The notes: a model not told the origin generated them from the letters alone. Positions 1 to 8,382 are shown, counted from the stretch's first letter. The stretch is 29,874 nt of DNA from a virus (IMGVR_UViG_3300031673_000339:1-29874), one strand, 5' to 3'. Translations and numbers: made by a program.

Positions 1-358
1 CCAAGATAACCGACTCTGGTGAATCGTCGAGTTGCTCCAATATGCTTTCGAGTCGAACGTTATTAATTTTAAGTTTTCTCTTATATGAAGCTGAGTCATA
101 TCTGTTACGGGCAAACCTATCAAACTTATGTACGATAACTACGTCGAATAGATTAAGTCCGCTATCCGCTATCATTTTTTGGAAACCAGCCCTGTTGTCT
201 GTAGTCGCTGTTTTAGCTTCATCGGTATACACATTCGTAAGTATATACCCTTTTCGCTGGCAGTATTCTTTTACAGCGCTAAGTTGTGCTGTAATAGATT
301 CTTCCCTCTGATTGTCTGAGCTATACCTTGCGTATGCTGCTGCGCGAATTGCACTCAT
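1..358 (-). CDS. Large serine recombinase (integrase), N-terminal catalytic domain; runs off the left edge
   Basis: Not in the ORF track. Manual translation from ATG at 358: MSAIRAAAYARYSSDNQREESITAQL...YTDEAKTATTDNRAGFQKMI...FDVVIVHKFDRFARNRYDS..., with the resolvase motifs YARYS (catalytic Ser) and DRFAR. Confidence 0.93.
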   Translation of the reverse strand, partial: MSAIRAAAYARYSSDNQREESITAQLSAVKEYCQRKGYILTNVYTDEAKTATTDNRAGFQKMIADSGLNLFDVVIVHKFDRFARNRYDSASYKRKLKINNVRLESILEQLDDSPESVIL

Positions 359-395
359 ATTCAATACCCCAAGTCTTAAATATAAAATTTAGTTT

Positions 396-1433
396 CTAGA
401 ACTGGATTTCTTCCTCTATGGTAACTGCTACCTCTAATTTTTTTATTTCTTCATTCCATGGTTTTAATACCCCTGATTGAAAGAAGGTAGTTTCGTTTCC
501 GCAGTTATAACAATACCTGGCATTGCCAGGAGCGATATTATCACAACTTTGACTATATCCTTCATACCCATTGTCGTTCGTAGGAGTTCCGGCACATTCA
601 TTTATTAAATTCGTTCCACATATTATGCATTTATCACCATAGGACGTTTCTTCGTTCTCACACTTCGGACAAATAAGCGCTCGTCCATCTTCGTCAAGAT
701 CATAACCTGTATATTTCATTTTTCGTTTCCCTCTTTTCAGTAATTCACTGTGTCCACATATTTGGCAATATTTAGCTGCTTTGCGAACAAAAAAATAACC
801 GCAAAAACTACAATAATTTGAATGCATAATGGAGTATACAAAACTCCTAAACTGGTTTTTTTGATCAATTGTAATAATAGCTGTTGTATATCTTAAATCT
901 AAGTCAATGCATTTAAGCCTAGTGTCCGCGGCAGCTTGTGAAATTTTGAAATAGTAAGCTATATCTGCTTTAGATCCTAGCCTCAATCCCTTAACCACAA
1001 GGGCGGGAGAAAGGGAATTTCTAGCGAATACATTTGCTTCATTTTCTAAAATTCTATACTTTTCTTCAGAGAGAGAATTGCGCATTAAAATTGTTTCTTT
1101 AAAATCTACAAGATGGGTTAGTAGGATGTGTCCTATTTCGTGCATCAATGAAAATCTTATTCTGCCGGCACTTCTTATAGTATCGTTGTATGCGATAATA
1201 TAACCTACGCCGTCAAACATAATATATCCATCTTCACTTTCAAAGGCTATTATGACTTGCGAAATATTAACTCGATATTTCCTAGCAAGTTCTGTGTATG
1301 TGATTAATCCCCATTTGTGTTTATTGATAATTATAAATGGATCTATAGGAAAGCTGGTTATATTTTCATTTAATAAGAATTCGTGCGCTATCCTCACGGA
1401 TCTATCATATCTAGCGGAAGCTGGGAGCTGCAT
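396..1433 (-). CDS. ImmA/IrrE-family metallopeptidase (anti-repressor) with C-terminal zinc ribbons
   Basis: RIRFSLMHEIGH (HExxH) and ENEANVFA motifs; C-terminal 12 Cys including CSFC, CQIC, CPKC, CIIC, CYNC; lies between repressor and integrase. Confidence 0.9.
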   Translation of the reverse strand: MQLPASARYDRSVRIAHEFLLNENITSFPIDPFIIINKHKWGLITYTELARKYRVNISQVIIAFESEDGYIMFDGVGYIIAYNDTIRSAGRIRFSLMHEIGHILLTHLVDFKETILMRNSLSEEKYRILENEANVFARNSLSPALVVKGLRLGSKADIAYYFKISQAAADTRLKCIDLDLRYTTAIITIDQKNQFRSFVYSIMHSNYCSFCGYFFVRKAAKYCQICGHSELLKRGKRKMKYTGYDLDEDGRALICPKCENEETSYGDKCIICGTNLINECAGTPTNDNGYEGYSQSCDNIAPGNARYCYNCGNETTFFQSGVLKPWNEEIKKLEVAVTIEEEIQF

Positions 1434-1759
1434 TATCTGCCTCTCGCCTCTTTTCCACGCTGGCTCATAGTATCGATTATCCCTTTTAGTAATTCCTGAT
1501 CCCCAGCGGTAAGGTTTTGAATATTTCGTGCCAATGTTCTAATGTTATCGTCTATATCGAGTTCATTTCGGCCAAGTAGATAATCTGTGGTTGTGTTTAA
1601 TATGTCTGCAATTTTGCTTAACGTATCACTCGGAGGCAAAGCGGTACCCCTTTCATAATGTGAAAAATTTGCACGATTCATATTTAATTTTTCCGCTATT
1701 TGGTCCTGGGTTAGTCCACGTATGGCGCGTAGCTCCCTTATTCTCGTTCCGATAGACAT
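1433..1759 (-). CDS. Xre-family HTH repressor (ImmR/CI-like)
   Basis: IRELRAIRGLTQDQIAEKLNMNRANFSHYERG...TDYLLG. ATG at 1759 has an AAGGAG RBS (the track uses GTG 1768). Stop overlaps the immA start. Confidence 0.92.
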   Translation of the reverse strand: MSIGTRIRELRAIRGLTQDQIAEKLNMNRANFSHYERGTALPPSDTLSKIADILNTTTDYLLGRNELDIDDNIRTLARNIQNLTAGDQELLKGIIDTMSQRGKEARGR

Positions 1760-1795
1760 ATTTCCCACTCCTTTAAAAGAAATTAGATTAACACC

Positions 1796-1824
1796 TTGCG
1801 TAATTTGAATTTACATGGTATACT
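1796..1824 (+). promoter_or_regulatory. Rightward early (lytic) sigma-A promoter
   Basis: TTGCGT-17 bp-TATACT with extended TG, upstream of the cro RBS GAGGAGG; operator-like GTAATTTGAATTTAC (1800-1814) lies in the spacer. Confidence 0.8.
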
Positions 1825-1850
1825 TTAATTACAGAGGAGGTGAAGTTGAA

Positions 1851-2096
1851 ATGACAAAAGAAGCTCGTCAAATAAGAGAGCGGTTTAAGGGATCAAGGAT
1901 GGCTAAGGGTACTCAAAATGCTGTTGGTTCTGCCGTAGGTGTTACTGGAACAATGATAAGATATATTGAAAACGGTTATGCGACTCCTAGCAGTAAATTA
2001 ATGTTCAAGCTGTCCAGTTATTTCGGGGTTCCGATCAATGAGTTATTCCCTGATGTAGAAAAACAGGCCCTAGAGGAACTTTCTTGCTGTAATTAG
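1851..2096 (+). CDS. Cro-like Xre HTH protein
   Basis: TQNAVGSAVGVTGTMIRYIENGYATPS HTH; divergent from the repressor; ATG 1851 follows GAGGAGGTG. Confidence 0.88.
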   Translation: MTKEARQIRERFKGSRMAKGTQNAVGSAVGVTGTMIRYIENGYATPSSKLMFKLSSYFGVPINELFPDVEKQALEELSCCN

Positions 2097-2119
2097 TGTA
2101 AATATCATTTCCTTTCTTT

Positions 2120-2148
2120 ATTATAAGACATAAATACCATTTACGCAA
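2120..2148 (-). promoter_or_regulatory. Leftward sigma-A promoter downstream of cro (probable immunity/lysogeny promoter)
   Basis: Minus strand reads TTGCGT-17 bp-TATAAT; operator-like 15-mers at 2130-2144 and 2098-2112. Confidence 0.78.
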
Positions 2149-2287
2149 TACCCACCTTGTAGATTTTATGGGTTTATTTAGTTACCCCAAAGGACAATAT
2201 TATTTCCTAGATAAGCAAATATTACTCACTAATTCATATTGCAATTTAAAACAGAAAGACTGGGTAAAAGGCAGGAGTGCTAAAAAA

Positions 2288-2416
2288 ATGAAAAATCACC
2301 CTAAATTAACCATCACAGTTAAAACCATAGCCCATCCGAATCCTAGGCAAGCAATTGACTTAGCGGCAAATTTATTTTTAAAGAACTTTTCAAATGAAAT
2401 AAAAAAAAGCCCGTAA
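2288..2416 (+). CDS. Small early protein (42 aa), possible recombination directionality factor
   Basis: AGGAG RBS then MKNHPKLTITVKTIAHPNPRQAIDLAANLFLKNFSNEIKKSP. Function is inferred from position only. Confidence 0.5.
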   Translation: MKNHPKLTITVKTIAHPNPRQAIDLAANLFLKNFSNEIKKSP

Positions 2417-2437
2417 GCGCATCAACGCCTACAGACT
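2401..2437 (-). terminator. Intrinsic terminator on the minus strand
   Basis: AGTCTGTAGGCG-TTGATG-CGCTTACGGGCT followed by a T-run; the stem pairs fully (three G-U pairs) only on the minus strand. Confidence 0.7.
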
Positions 2438-2495
2438 AAAGAAAATACTCATACACAGTGTACCATGATTTTAAATTTAGTAAAAGAGAGAGAGG

Positions 2496-2849
2496 ATGAA
2501 AATAATGAAAACTTATTTTAAGGATTTTTCTATAGATAATAATTCATCAGCGGGAGATCATGACGAACTTCGAGAGGTGATCATAAATAGACACGAAAAG
2601 TGTGTAACGACGGTAGAGTACAAAGAAGTCCACGATGAGCTCTATGGATTCATTAAGAAGCTTGAAGACTTATTGCCAGATGAAAAGAAAGTAATTATGA
2701 GATTAGAGGAAGCGTTTACGGCGCTTGAGGGGATTTGTTACAACGCAGCGTATCGGGATGGGATGAATGATTTAATGACGGCCATGACCTTTAGTAAATT
2801 AGGTATTATCAATGCTGAATATCTTGAATTTCCAAGCAAAGGCGCTTGA
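2496..2849 (+). CDS. Hypothetical helical phage protein
   Basis: 117-aa ORF with a GAGAGG RBS, co-oriented in the early operon. Confidence 0.75.
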   Translation: MKIMKTYFKDFSIDNNSSAGDHDELREVIINRHEKCVTTVEYKEVHDELYGFIKKLEDLLPDEKKVIMRLEEAFTALEGICYNAAYRDGMNDLMTAMTFSKLGIINAEYLEFPSKGA

Positions 2850-2984
2850 GCAATCCCCCAGTCTAAAGTTCTCGACATCATGGGTGTCAACCGCATAATT
2901 CCGGGCACCGAAATAAATAAAGCAATGACCTGAATACTCCCTACGGGTTGAGAGTTCGGGAATAAAAAGGAGGAAGTTTGTAAA

Positions 2985-3164
2985 ATGAGAGGTAGACAAC
3001 ATCGTGGGCACAGGGATAGACCTGTTGATCGCCCTGTGTCAATTGAACAGATAGGAAAACGTTTCTTATTAGAAGAAAGACTTGATGCAGGTAAGGATAT
3101 GTTTGGTATAAGTGACCCAACGCCTAGACTTGCAATAGCTAATATAATAAACCCACGAAAATAA
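2985..3164 (+). CDS. Hypothetical protein (59 aa, not in the ORF track)
   Basis: Strong RBS AAGGAGG (2967-2973); MRGRQHRGHRDRPVDRPVSIEQIGKRFLLEERLDAGKDMFGISDPTPRLAIANIINPRK. Confidence 0.7.
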   Translation: MRGRQHRGHRDRPVDRPVSIEQIGKRFLLEERLDAGKDMFGISDPTPRLAIANIINPRK

Positions 3165-3183
3165 AATTATAGGGGGATTTTAA

Positions 3184-3408
3184 ATGAATAACCTACAAAC
3201 TCAATCAATGGCAAAGGCAAAAGTAAAAGATGTCGAAGTGATGCTCACGGCTAAAGAAAAACGATACGTAGACTATCATGTAAAATGCCGTGAAGAAGGT
3301 TTTAGTCCAACGATTGGCGACGTCTGCAAGGCTTGTCATACTACACCGTGGACATTACTAGGTAAGACAGAACCTAGTCTTATGAAAAAGTTGGAGTTGT
3401 TTTGTTAA
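3184..3408 (+). CDS. Small protein resembling the LexA N-terminal DNA-binding domain
   Basis: LTAKEKRYVDY...GFSPTIGDVCKAC resembles LexA LT.RQ..L.FI...GYPPTVREI; AGGGGG RBS. Confidence 0.55.
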   Translation: MNNLQTQSMAKAKVKDVEVMLTAKEKRYVDYHVKCREEGFSPTIGDVCKACHTTPWTLLGKTEPSLMKKLELFC

Positions 3409-3439
3409 AAGGTTAGCCAAACCTCACGTAGGTAAAAAT

Positions 3440-3489
3440 AAAACAAAACAAAAAGCACCCCTGCGCTATGAAGGCATGTGGGGTGCTTT
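3440..3489 (-). terminator. Intrinsic terminator, stronger on the minus strand
   Basis: 10-bp stem AAAGCACCCC/GGGGTGCTTT (3452-3489), followed on the minus strand by TTGTTTTGTTTT. Confidence 0.7.
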
Positions 3490-3535
3490 CTATTGTCTAG
3501 TAGTCGGTAAGACAGAGATAGGAAGGCAGGTGGTC

Positions 3536-5926
3536 ATGTTGCTGAACACTGACTCAATTATACCACAGGATGATACTTCATCACCAGACACTATGGAAAA
3601 AGCGTTGAAGTTATTGATACCTGCGGGTGCTGTAGTGGAAATACGTATCCCCAAAGTGGGGCCAAATACAATATCCGGTTATTTTAATGATATGGATAAA
3701 CTTGTCAAGGAAGTTGCAAAGTGGAGTGGAAGGGTCCCTGGGATTTACATCACAGTGAATGAAGTTAACCCTGCTTTGTTATCCAGAGCATCAAACCGGG
3801 CGCGGGCTTTAGGGAAAGGCGATTCTACAACATCAGATAGTGATATAACACGCCGGAGAATTTTACCCGTAGACCTTTATCCAGTTCGTCCTTCTGGAAT
3901 TTCAAGCACTAATGAAGAAAAAGAGGCTGCTATAGAAAAGGCAAAAGCTATGCAAACGTGGCTTACCAATAATCACGGCTGGCCAAAGCCGGTACTGTTT
4001 GGTGATAGTGGTAACGGAGCGCACATTCCTTATGCAATTGACCTTCCAAACGATACAGAAAGTAAGTTATTGATACAAAAGGTTCTAAAAGTGATGGACT
4101 TCGCATTTTCAGATGAAGTCGTAAAAGTAGACCTCACTACGTTCAATGCTAGCCGAATATGGAAACTCTATGGAACGATGGCTTGCAAGGGCGACAGTAC
4201 ACCTGAGAGGCCTCATCGTATGTCAGAGATACTTGAATATACAGAATCAGCAGAGACAGTGACAGTGGAGCAATTACAGGCACTAGCGGCATTATTACCA
4301 GAAGAACCTAAAGGAACGCCGAGTAAATATACTGGATCCACTAGCGAATTCAATCTTCACACATGGATAATAAACCATGGTTTGAGTGTTTGTAAGGAAG
4401 GACCTTGGCAAATTGGAGGTTATAAGTGGATACTGGACGTTTGTCCTTTCGATAATGATCACACAGATAACTCGGCCTATGTTGTTCAACTCCCTAATGG
4501 GGCAATCGGTGCTGGATGTCAACATGACGGTTGCAAATCAAGAGGCTGGGGATGGCAGGAACTAAGAGAACTGCTCGAACCTGAATCTAAGGAAAGACGA
4601 GAAATAGCTCTGGTTAAGCGGGATGCAAAAACTGTAGCGGCAAAACCAATTACAACTGGTAAGACTGCTATAATTGTAGACTTTAGTACAGCGAAGGATT
4701 GGAAGAAAGACCTCACCACTATTGTTAATAAAAAAGGCGAGGAAAAGGCACTTGCAACACGAACCAATATCATGCTTATACTCCAAAACGATGAACGGCT
4801 TAAAGGGCTAATAGCTAAAAACGCCTTCATAAATCAAACAGTCATAAAGCGTATGCCGCCATGGGGAAGAAGTAATCCCGGTAGTTTTTGGGGTGATGAT
4901 GATGATGCGGAACTACGGTTGTTCATAGAAAAGGAGTACGGCATTGAATCAGTCAATAAGATACTCGATAGCTTACTTGTTATTGCAGGGAGAGCATCGT
5001 TTCACCCAGTCAAAGAGTATTTACAAAGCCTTGAATGGGATGGGACACCAAGGATTGACACATTGCTTATAGATTTATTCGATGCACAAGATACACCTTA
5101 TACACGGGCGGTGACAAGAAAGACGTTTATTGGTGCTGTGGCAAGAATATTCGACCCCGGCTGTAAGTTCGACACTATGCTCACATTAGTTGGACCAACG
5201 GGGATAGGGAAGAGTACACTCTTTAGAAGGATATGTGGGGATGATTGGTTTAATGATGGACTAAAATTCAATGACATGGATAGTAAAACGGGCTCAGAAA
5301 AGCTTGAAGGTTATTGGATCTTAGAAATTGGAGAACTTGCAGGGATGAAAAAGACGGAACAAGAATCAGTGAAGTCTTTCCTAAGTTGCCAGACAGATAT
5401 CTTTAGACCTGCATACGGTAGACGTAAGGTTGCTAACCCTAGACAATGCATTATCGTAGGCTCCACGAATGACGAATTAGGCTTTCTAAGAGATCCTACA
5501 GGGAATCGTAGGTTCTGGCCTGTTACGGTAAAGCGTGATGCTAGAGAAGATATACCCAACTTAGATCGTAATCAAATATGGGCTGAGGCAGTTACGGCCT
5601 ATAACGATAAAGAAAAGCATTACCTCGACAATGATATGGAAGTCGAAGCGGCTTTAATTCAAGAATCACACATGCAGGAAAGTACGTTATCCGGGTTGGT
5701 GGAAAATTTTCTTAGAGACAAAAAACAAACATGCGCGGCAGAGGTATGGAATCTGATGTTAAACGAACCTGATAGTAAGTGCTCCCCGCAAAAAGCTAAG
5801 GAACTAAATGATATTATACGCAAGGTCCCAGGGTGGGAGCTTTATGGCGAAAGTAGAGGTAGAAAGAGGTTCTCTGGTTATGGATTACAAACGACATTTG
5901 TTCGGATTGAGGAACCTCCATTTTAA
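3536..5926 (+). CDS. Primase-helicase: AEP-like primase domain, Zn finger, VapE-family helicase
   Basis: DSGNGAH motif and TFNASRIWKLYGT; CPF..DH...CQHDGC zinc finger; Walker A GPTGIGKS, WILEIGEL and DPTGNRRFWP typical of VapE. Likely start ATG 3536 (the track starts at 3476). Confidence 0.88.
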   Translation: MLLNTDSIIPQDDTSSPDTMEKALKLLIPAGAVVEIRIPKVGPNTISGYFNDMDKLVKEVAKWSGRVPGIYITVNEVNPALLSRASNRARALGKGDSTTSDSDITRRRILPVDLYPVRPSGISSTNEEKEAAIEKAKAMQTWLTNNHGWPKPVLFGDSGNGAHIPYAIDLPNDTESKLLIQKVLKVMDFAFSDEVVKVDLTTFNASRIWKLYGTMACKGDSTPERPHRMSEILEYTESAETVTVEQLQALAALLPEEPKGTPSKYTGSTSEFNLHTWIINHGLSVCKEGPWQIGGYKWILDVCPFDNDHTDNSAYVVQLPNGAIGAGCQHDGCKSRGWGWQELRELLEPESKERREIALVKRDAKTVAAKPITTGKTAIIVDFSTAKDWKKDLTTIVNKKGEEKALATRTNIMLILQNDERLKGLIAKNAFINQTVIKRMPPWGRSNPGSFWGDDDDAELRLFIEKEYGIESVNKILDSLLVIAGRASFHPVKEYLQSLEWDGTPRIDTLLIDLFDAQDTPYTRAVTRKTFIGAVARIFDPGCKFDTMLTLVGPTGIGKSTLFRRICGDDWFNDGLKFNDMDSKTGSEKLEGYWILEIGELAGMKKTEQESVKSFLSCQTDIFRPAYGRRKVANPRQCIIVGSTNDELGFLRDPTGNRRFWPVTVKRDAREDIPNLDRNQIWAEAVTAYNDKEKHYLDNDMEVEAALIQESHMQESTLSGLVENFLRDKKQTCAAEVWNLMLNEPDSKCSPQKAKELNDIIRKVPGWELYGESRGRKRFSGYGLQTTFVRIEEPPF

Positions 5927-5927
5927 A

Positions 5928-6256
5928 ATGTATCCATGCTATCCAAAATGTATCCATGATGTATCCATGAAAAAAAAGCATGGATACAACCTTAGCCTTA
6001 GCGTCCCAAGGGGTTGAGGGTTTTGTATCCATGGTATCCATGAAATACTCTTTAGAGTTAATAAATGATAATAAAGGGGTAAAAAAGGCTATAGGAGTAT
6101 TCCTATACTATGTTAGAAAACACAAAAAGCATGGATACAATGGATACAAAACGCTACACTCTTACTCCTGCAAGGGTTAAGGCTGTATCCATGCTTGTAT
6201 CCATGCTGATTTTCATGGATACACATGGATACATCATGGATACATTTCATGGTTAC
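5928..6256. repeat. Iteron array, putative replication origin
   Basis: About 13-15 exact or near copies of TGTATCCATG/CATGGATACA in both orientations around an AT-rich centre, directly after the primase-helicase gene. Confidence 0.85.
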
Positions 6257-6303
6257 TTAAGGCGTTAGAGAGCAAATAAACCAAATTATAGGAGGAATTA
6301 TTA

Positions 6304-6579
6304 ATGGAATCATTAGAATATCAACAATGGAAAGCACTTGGAGACAAGGTTAAAGCGGTTAGGTCTGAACTCTTTGGAATACTAGAGGACAGTCAAAAGC
6401 TGGTTAAAGGGAATAAAAAGACTATGGATATATTAGTTGACTCCATACGCAAGTTCAATGAATTCAAAGGGGTTATGGAGGATAAGATGTTCGAGCAAGT
6501 TAAGCCACCTGATAGTAAAAGATCTAATTATTTATGGTTACATGTTTTCTATGGTGAGAATAAGAAAGAGGGTAATTAA
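6304..6579 (+). CDS. Hypothetical protein
   Basis: AGGAGG RBS, 91 aa, helical character. Confidence 0.8.
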   Translation: MESLEYQQWKALGDKVKAVRSELFGILEDSQKLVKGNKKTMDILVDSIRKFNEFKGVMEDKMFEQVKPPDSKRSNYLWLHVFYGENKKEGN

Positions 6580-6906
6580 ATGAACAATCATTATGAAGAC
6601 GACCAACAAAAGTACGGTTCCACTGATCCTCGATGTGATAAACAGGCAGACACAAAAACTTGGCTGATGGTACTCCGTAATGCATGGATTCAAGATAAGT
6701 CTTTGAACTCTTTATACTATCTGCTTCATGGTATTCGTTGCGGTGGTGCTGAACTAATATCAACACAAAATAGTTTTCGCTTACTTCCCGGGGAGTGGAC
6801 GGAAAAGGAATGGGATGCTGTGAAATTGGATAATCTTGGGTTAGTTAGGGATAGATTAATATCCCTTTTATACCGTACTAGGGTAAAGGAGGATAAAACA
6901 TGCTAA
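6580..6906 (+). CDS. Hypothetical protein
   Basis: GAGGG RBS; abuts or overlaps both neighbours. Confidence 0.75.
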   Translation: MNNHYEDDQQKYGSTDPRCDKQADTKTWLMVLRNAWIQDKSLNSLYYLLHGIRCGGAELISTQNSFRLLPGEWTEKEWDAVKLDNLGLVRDRLISLLYRTRVKEDKTC

Positions 6907-8315
6907 CAGCTTTAACAGCTAACGATATAAGGCTTCCATTAAGAGAAATACCATCCCCACTAATGGGTACAATCAAGTCTGACCTAACCATTACTAATCC
7001 TGAATATGTCCGAGCGGTCAAGTATGGGTTCTCTACTCACGATAAAGAAGAGTTCTTACATTTTTACAAAGTAGACAATGATAATCTCATTATCCCTAGA
7101 GGGTATGGTTCAAACTTAAAGGACCGGTCCAGAGAGAGTGGCGTGAGTATTCAATGGGATAACAAAATGTTAGTTCTACCATCGGTTGACTTTGGTTCAA
7201 AGATAAGGCTGCGCGATTATCAGGTCCCAGCAGTAGAGGCATTAGTCAAAAGAACTCAAGGCGGTGTAGTCGCCGGTTGCGGTTCTGGTAAGACTCAAAT
7301 AATGCTTGAAGCAATGGCTAGGATAGGGCAACCTGCCCTTTGGATCTGCCACTCGTACGAACTACTCAACCAAACACTACAGAGGGCTTGTGACGTCTTT
7401 GAGGGCATGGCGCCAGAAGAGGTTGGTATCATTGCTAATGGAAAGGTGACTGTAGGGAGAAGACTTACCATGGCATTAGTCCAAACTCTTTCCAAAGCTG
7501 ATCTAAGTACCTTAACTGACAAGTTCGGAGCAATCTTTATTGATGAAGCTCATCATATGGCGGCAAAATCCTTTTCACATCCTATTGATAGATTTCCCGC
7601 GAGGTATCGGTTATGGGCGAGCGCTACACCTAAGAGAGAAGACGGCTTGACTAAAATGGTGTTTGCCTGTGGTGGTCCGATACTTCACACCATCCAGCAA
7701 TCAGAGTTGCCAACTATTATCCCCCGTCTGGTCACTGTGGAGACTGACTTTGATTTACAAGACGAGGTTTATACCAAGATGATTTCAGGTTTAATTCGAG
7801 ATGAACAGAGAAACGACCTGCTCGTAGAGACAATAGCTGTTGAAGCTCCCGGACACTTTTCTCTCGTACTAAGCGACAGGAAAGAGCACCTTGATATTTT
7901 GAAGGCTATGCTAGACATCGTAAACCCAGCACTAAGGACAGAGATATTGACGGCATCCAGAAGCAAAAAAGACAGGGTTGATATCATGGAACGAATACAA
8001 AATAGAGAAATAGACGTACTCTTTGCAACACAACTAGCAAGAGAGGGGCTAGACATTATTCATCTGGATCGTCTATTCCTTACAACACCTAAGCGTGCAG
8101 TTGGGGCTGTCACTCAAGAAGTCGGACGAATCATGCGCCCTTGTCCAGGTAAGGTAGATGCTATGGTGTTCGATTTCTTTGATATTAAGCAACCTATATT
8201 AAAGTATCAATACTATAAACGGCGTAGAGTTTATAAGGAACTCGGCATGGTATTCTCAACCAACAAGCGCACGTTGGCACAGGAACGTAAAGGCATCTAT
8301 GAGCGTTGCGGATAA
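6900..8315 (+). CDS. SF2 DEAH-box helicase (ResIII/UvsW-like)
   Basis: LRDYQ, GCGSGKT, IDEAHH, SATPKREDG, EGLDI and QEVGRIMR motifs. Confidence 0.92.
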   Translation: MLTALTANDIRLPLREIPSPLMGTIKSDLTITNPEYVRAVKYGFSTHDKEEFLHFYKVDNDNLIIPRGYGSNLKDRSRESGVSIQWDNKMLVLPSVDFGSKIRLRDYQVPAVEALVKRTQGGVVAGCGSGKTQIMLEAMARIGQPALWICHSYELLNQTLQRACDVFEGMAPEEVGIIANGKVTVGRRLTMALVQTLSKADLSTLTDKFGAIFIDEAHHMAAKSFSHPIDRFPARYRLWASATPKREDGLTKMVFACGGPILHTIQQSELPTIIPRLVTVETDFDLQDEVYTKMISGLIRDEQRNDLLVETIAVEAPGHFSLVLSDRKEHLDILKAMLDIVNPALRTEILTASRSKKDRVDIMERIQNREIDVLFATQLAREGLDIIHLDRLFLTTPKRAVGAVTQEVGRIMRPCPGKVDAMVFDFFDIKQPILKYQYYKRRRVYKELGMVFSTNKRTLAQERKGIYERCG

Positions 8316-8382
8316 CAAAAGGGTACAATCATACCCAAACAGCAATAGAGGCGCGATAGGTGGTAACAAGAAGGAGTAAGAT

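Noticed and set aside
42-311. 89-aa plus-strand ORF
   Set aside because: Antisense shadow of the serine recombinase gene.
1-395. attL/attP site
   Set aside because: The integrase gene runs off the left edge, so the attachment site lies outside the window.
5928-6256. Repeat array as a CRISPR, and the three short ORFs (5808-6017, 5814-6041, 5980-6180) over it
   Set aside because: Repeats are only 10 bp, irregularly spaced and in both orientations, with no cas genes. The ORFs arise from the ATG-containing iterons and lack RBSs.
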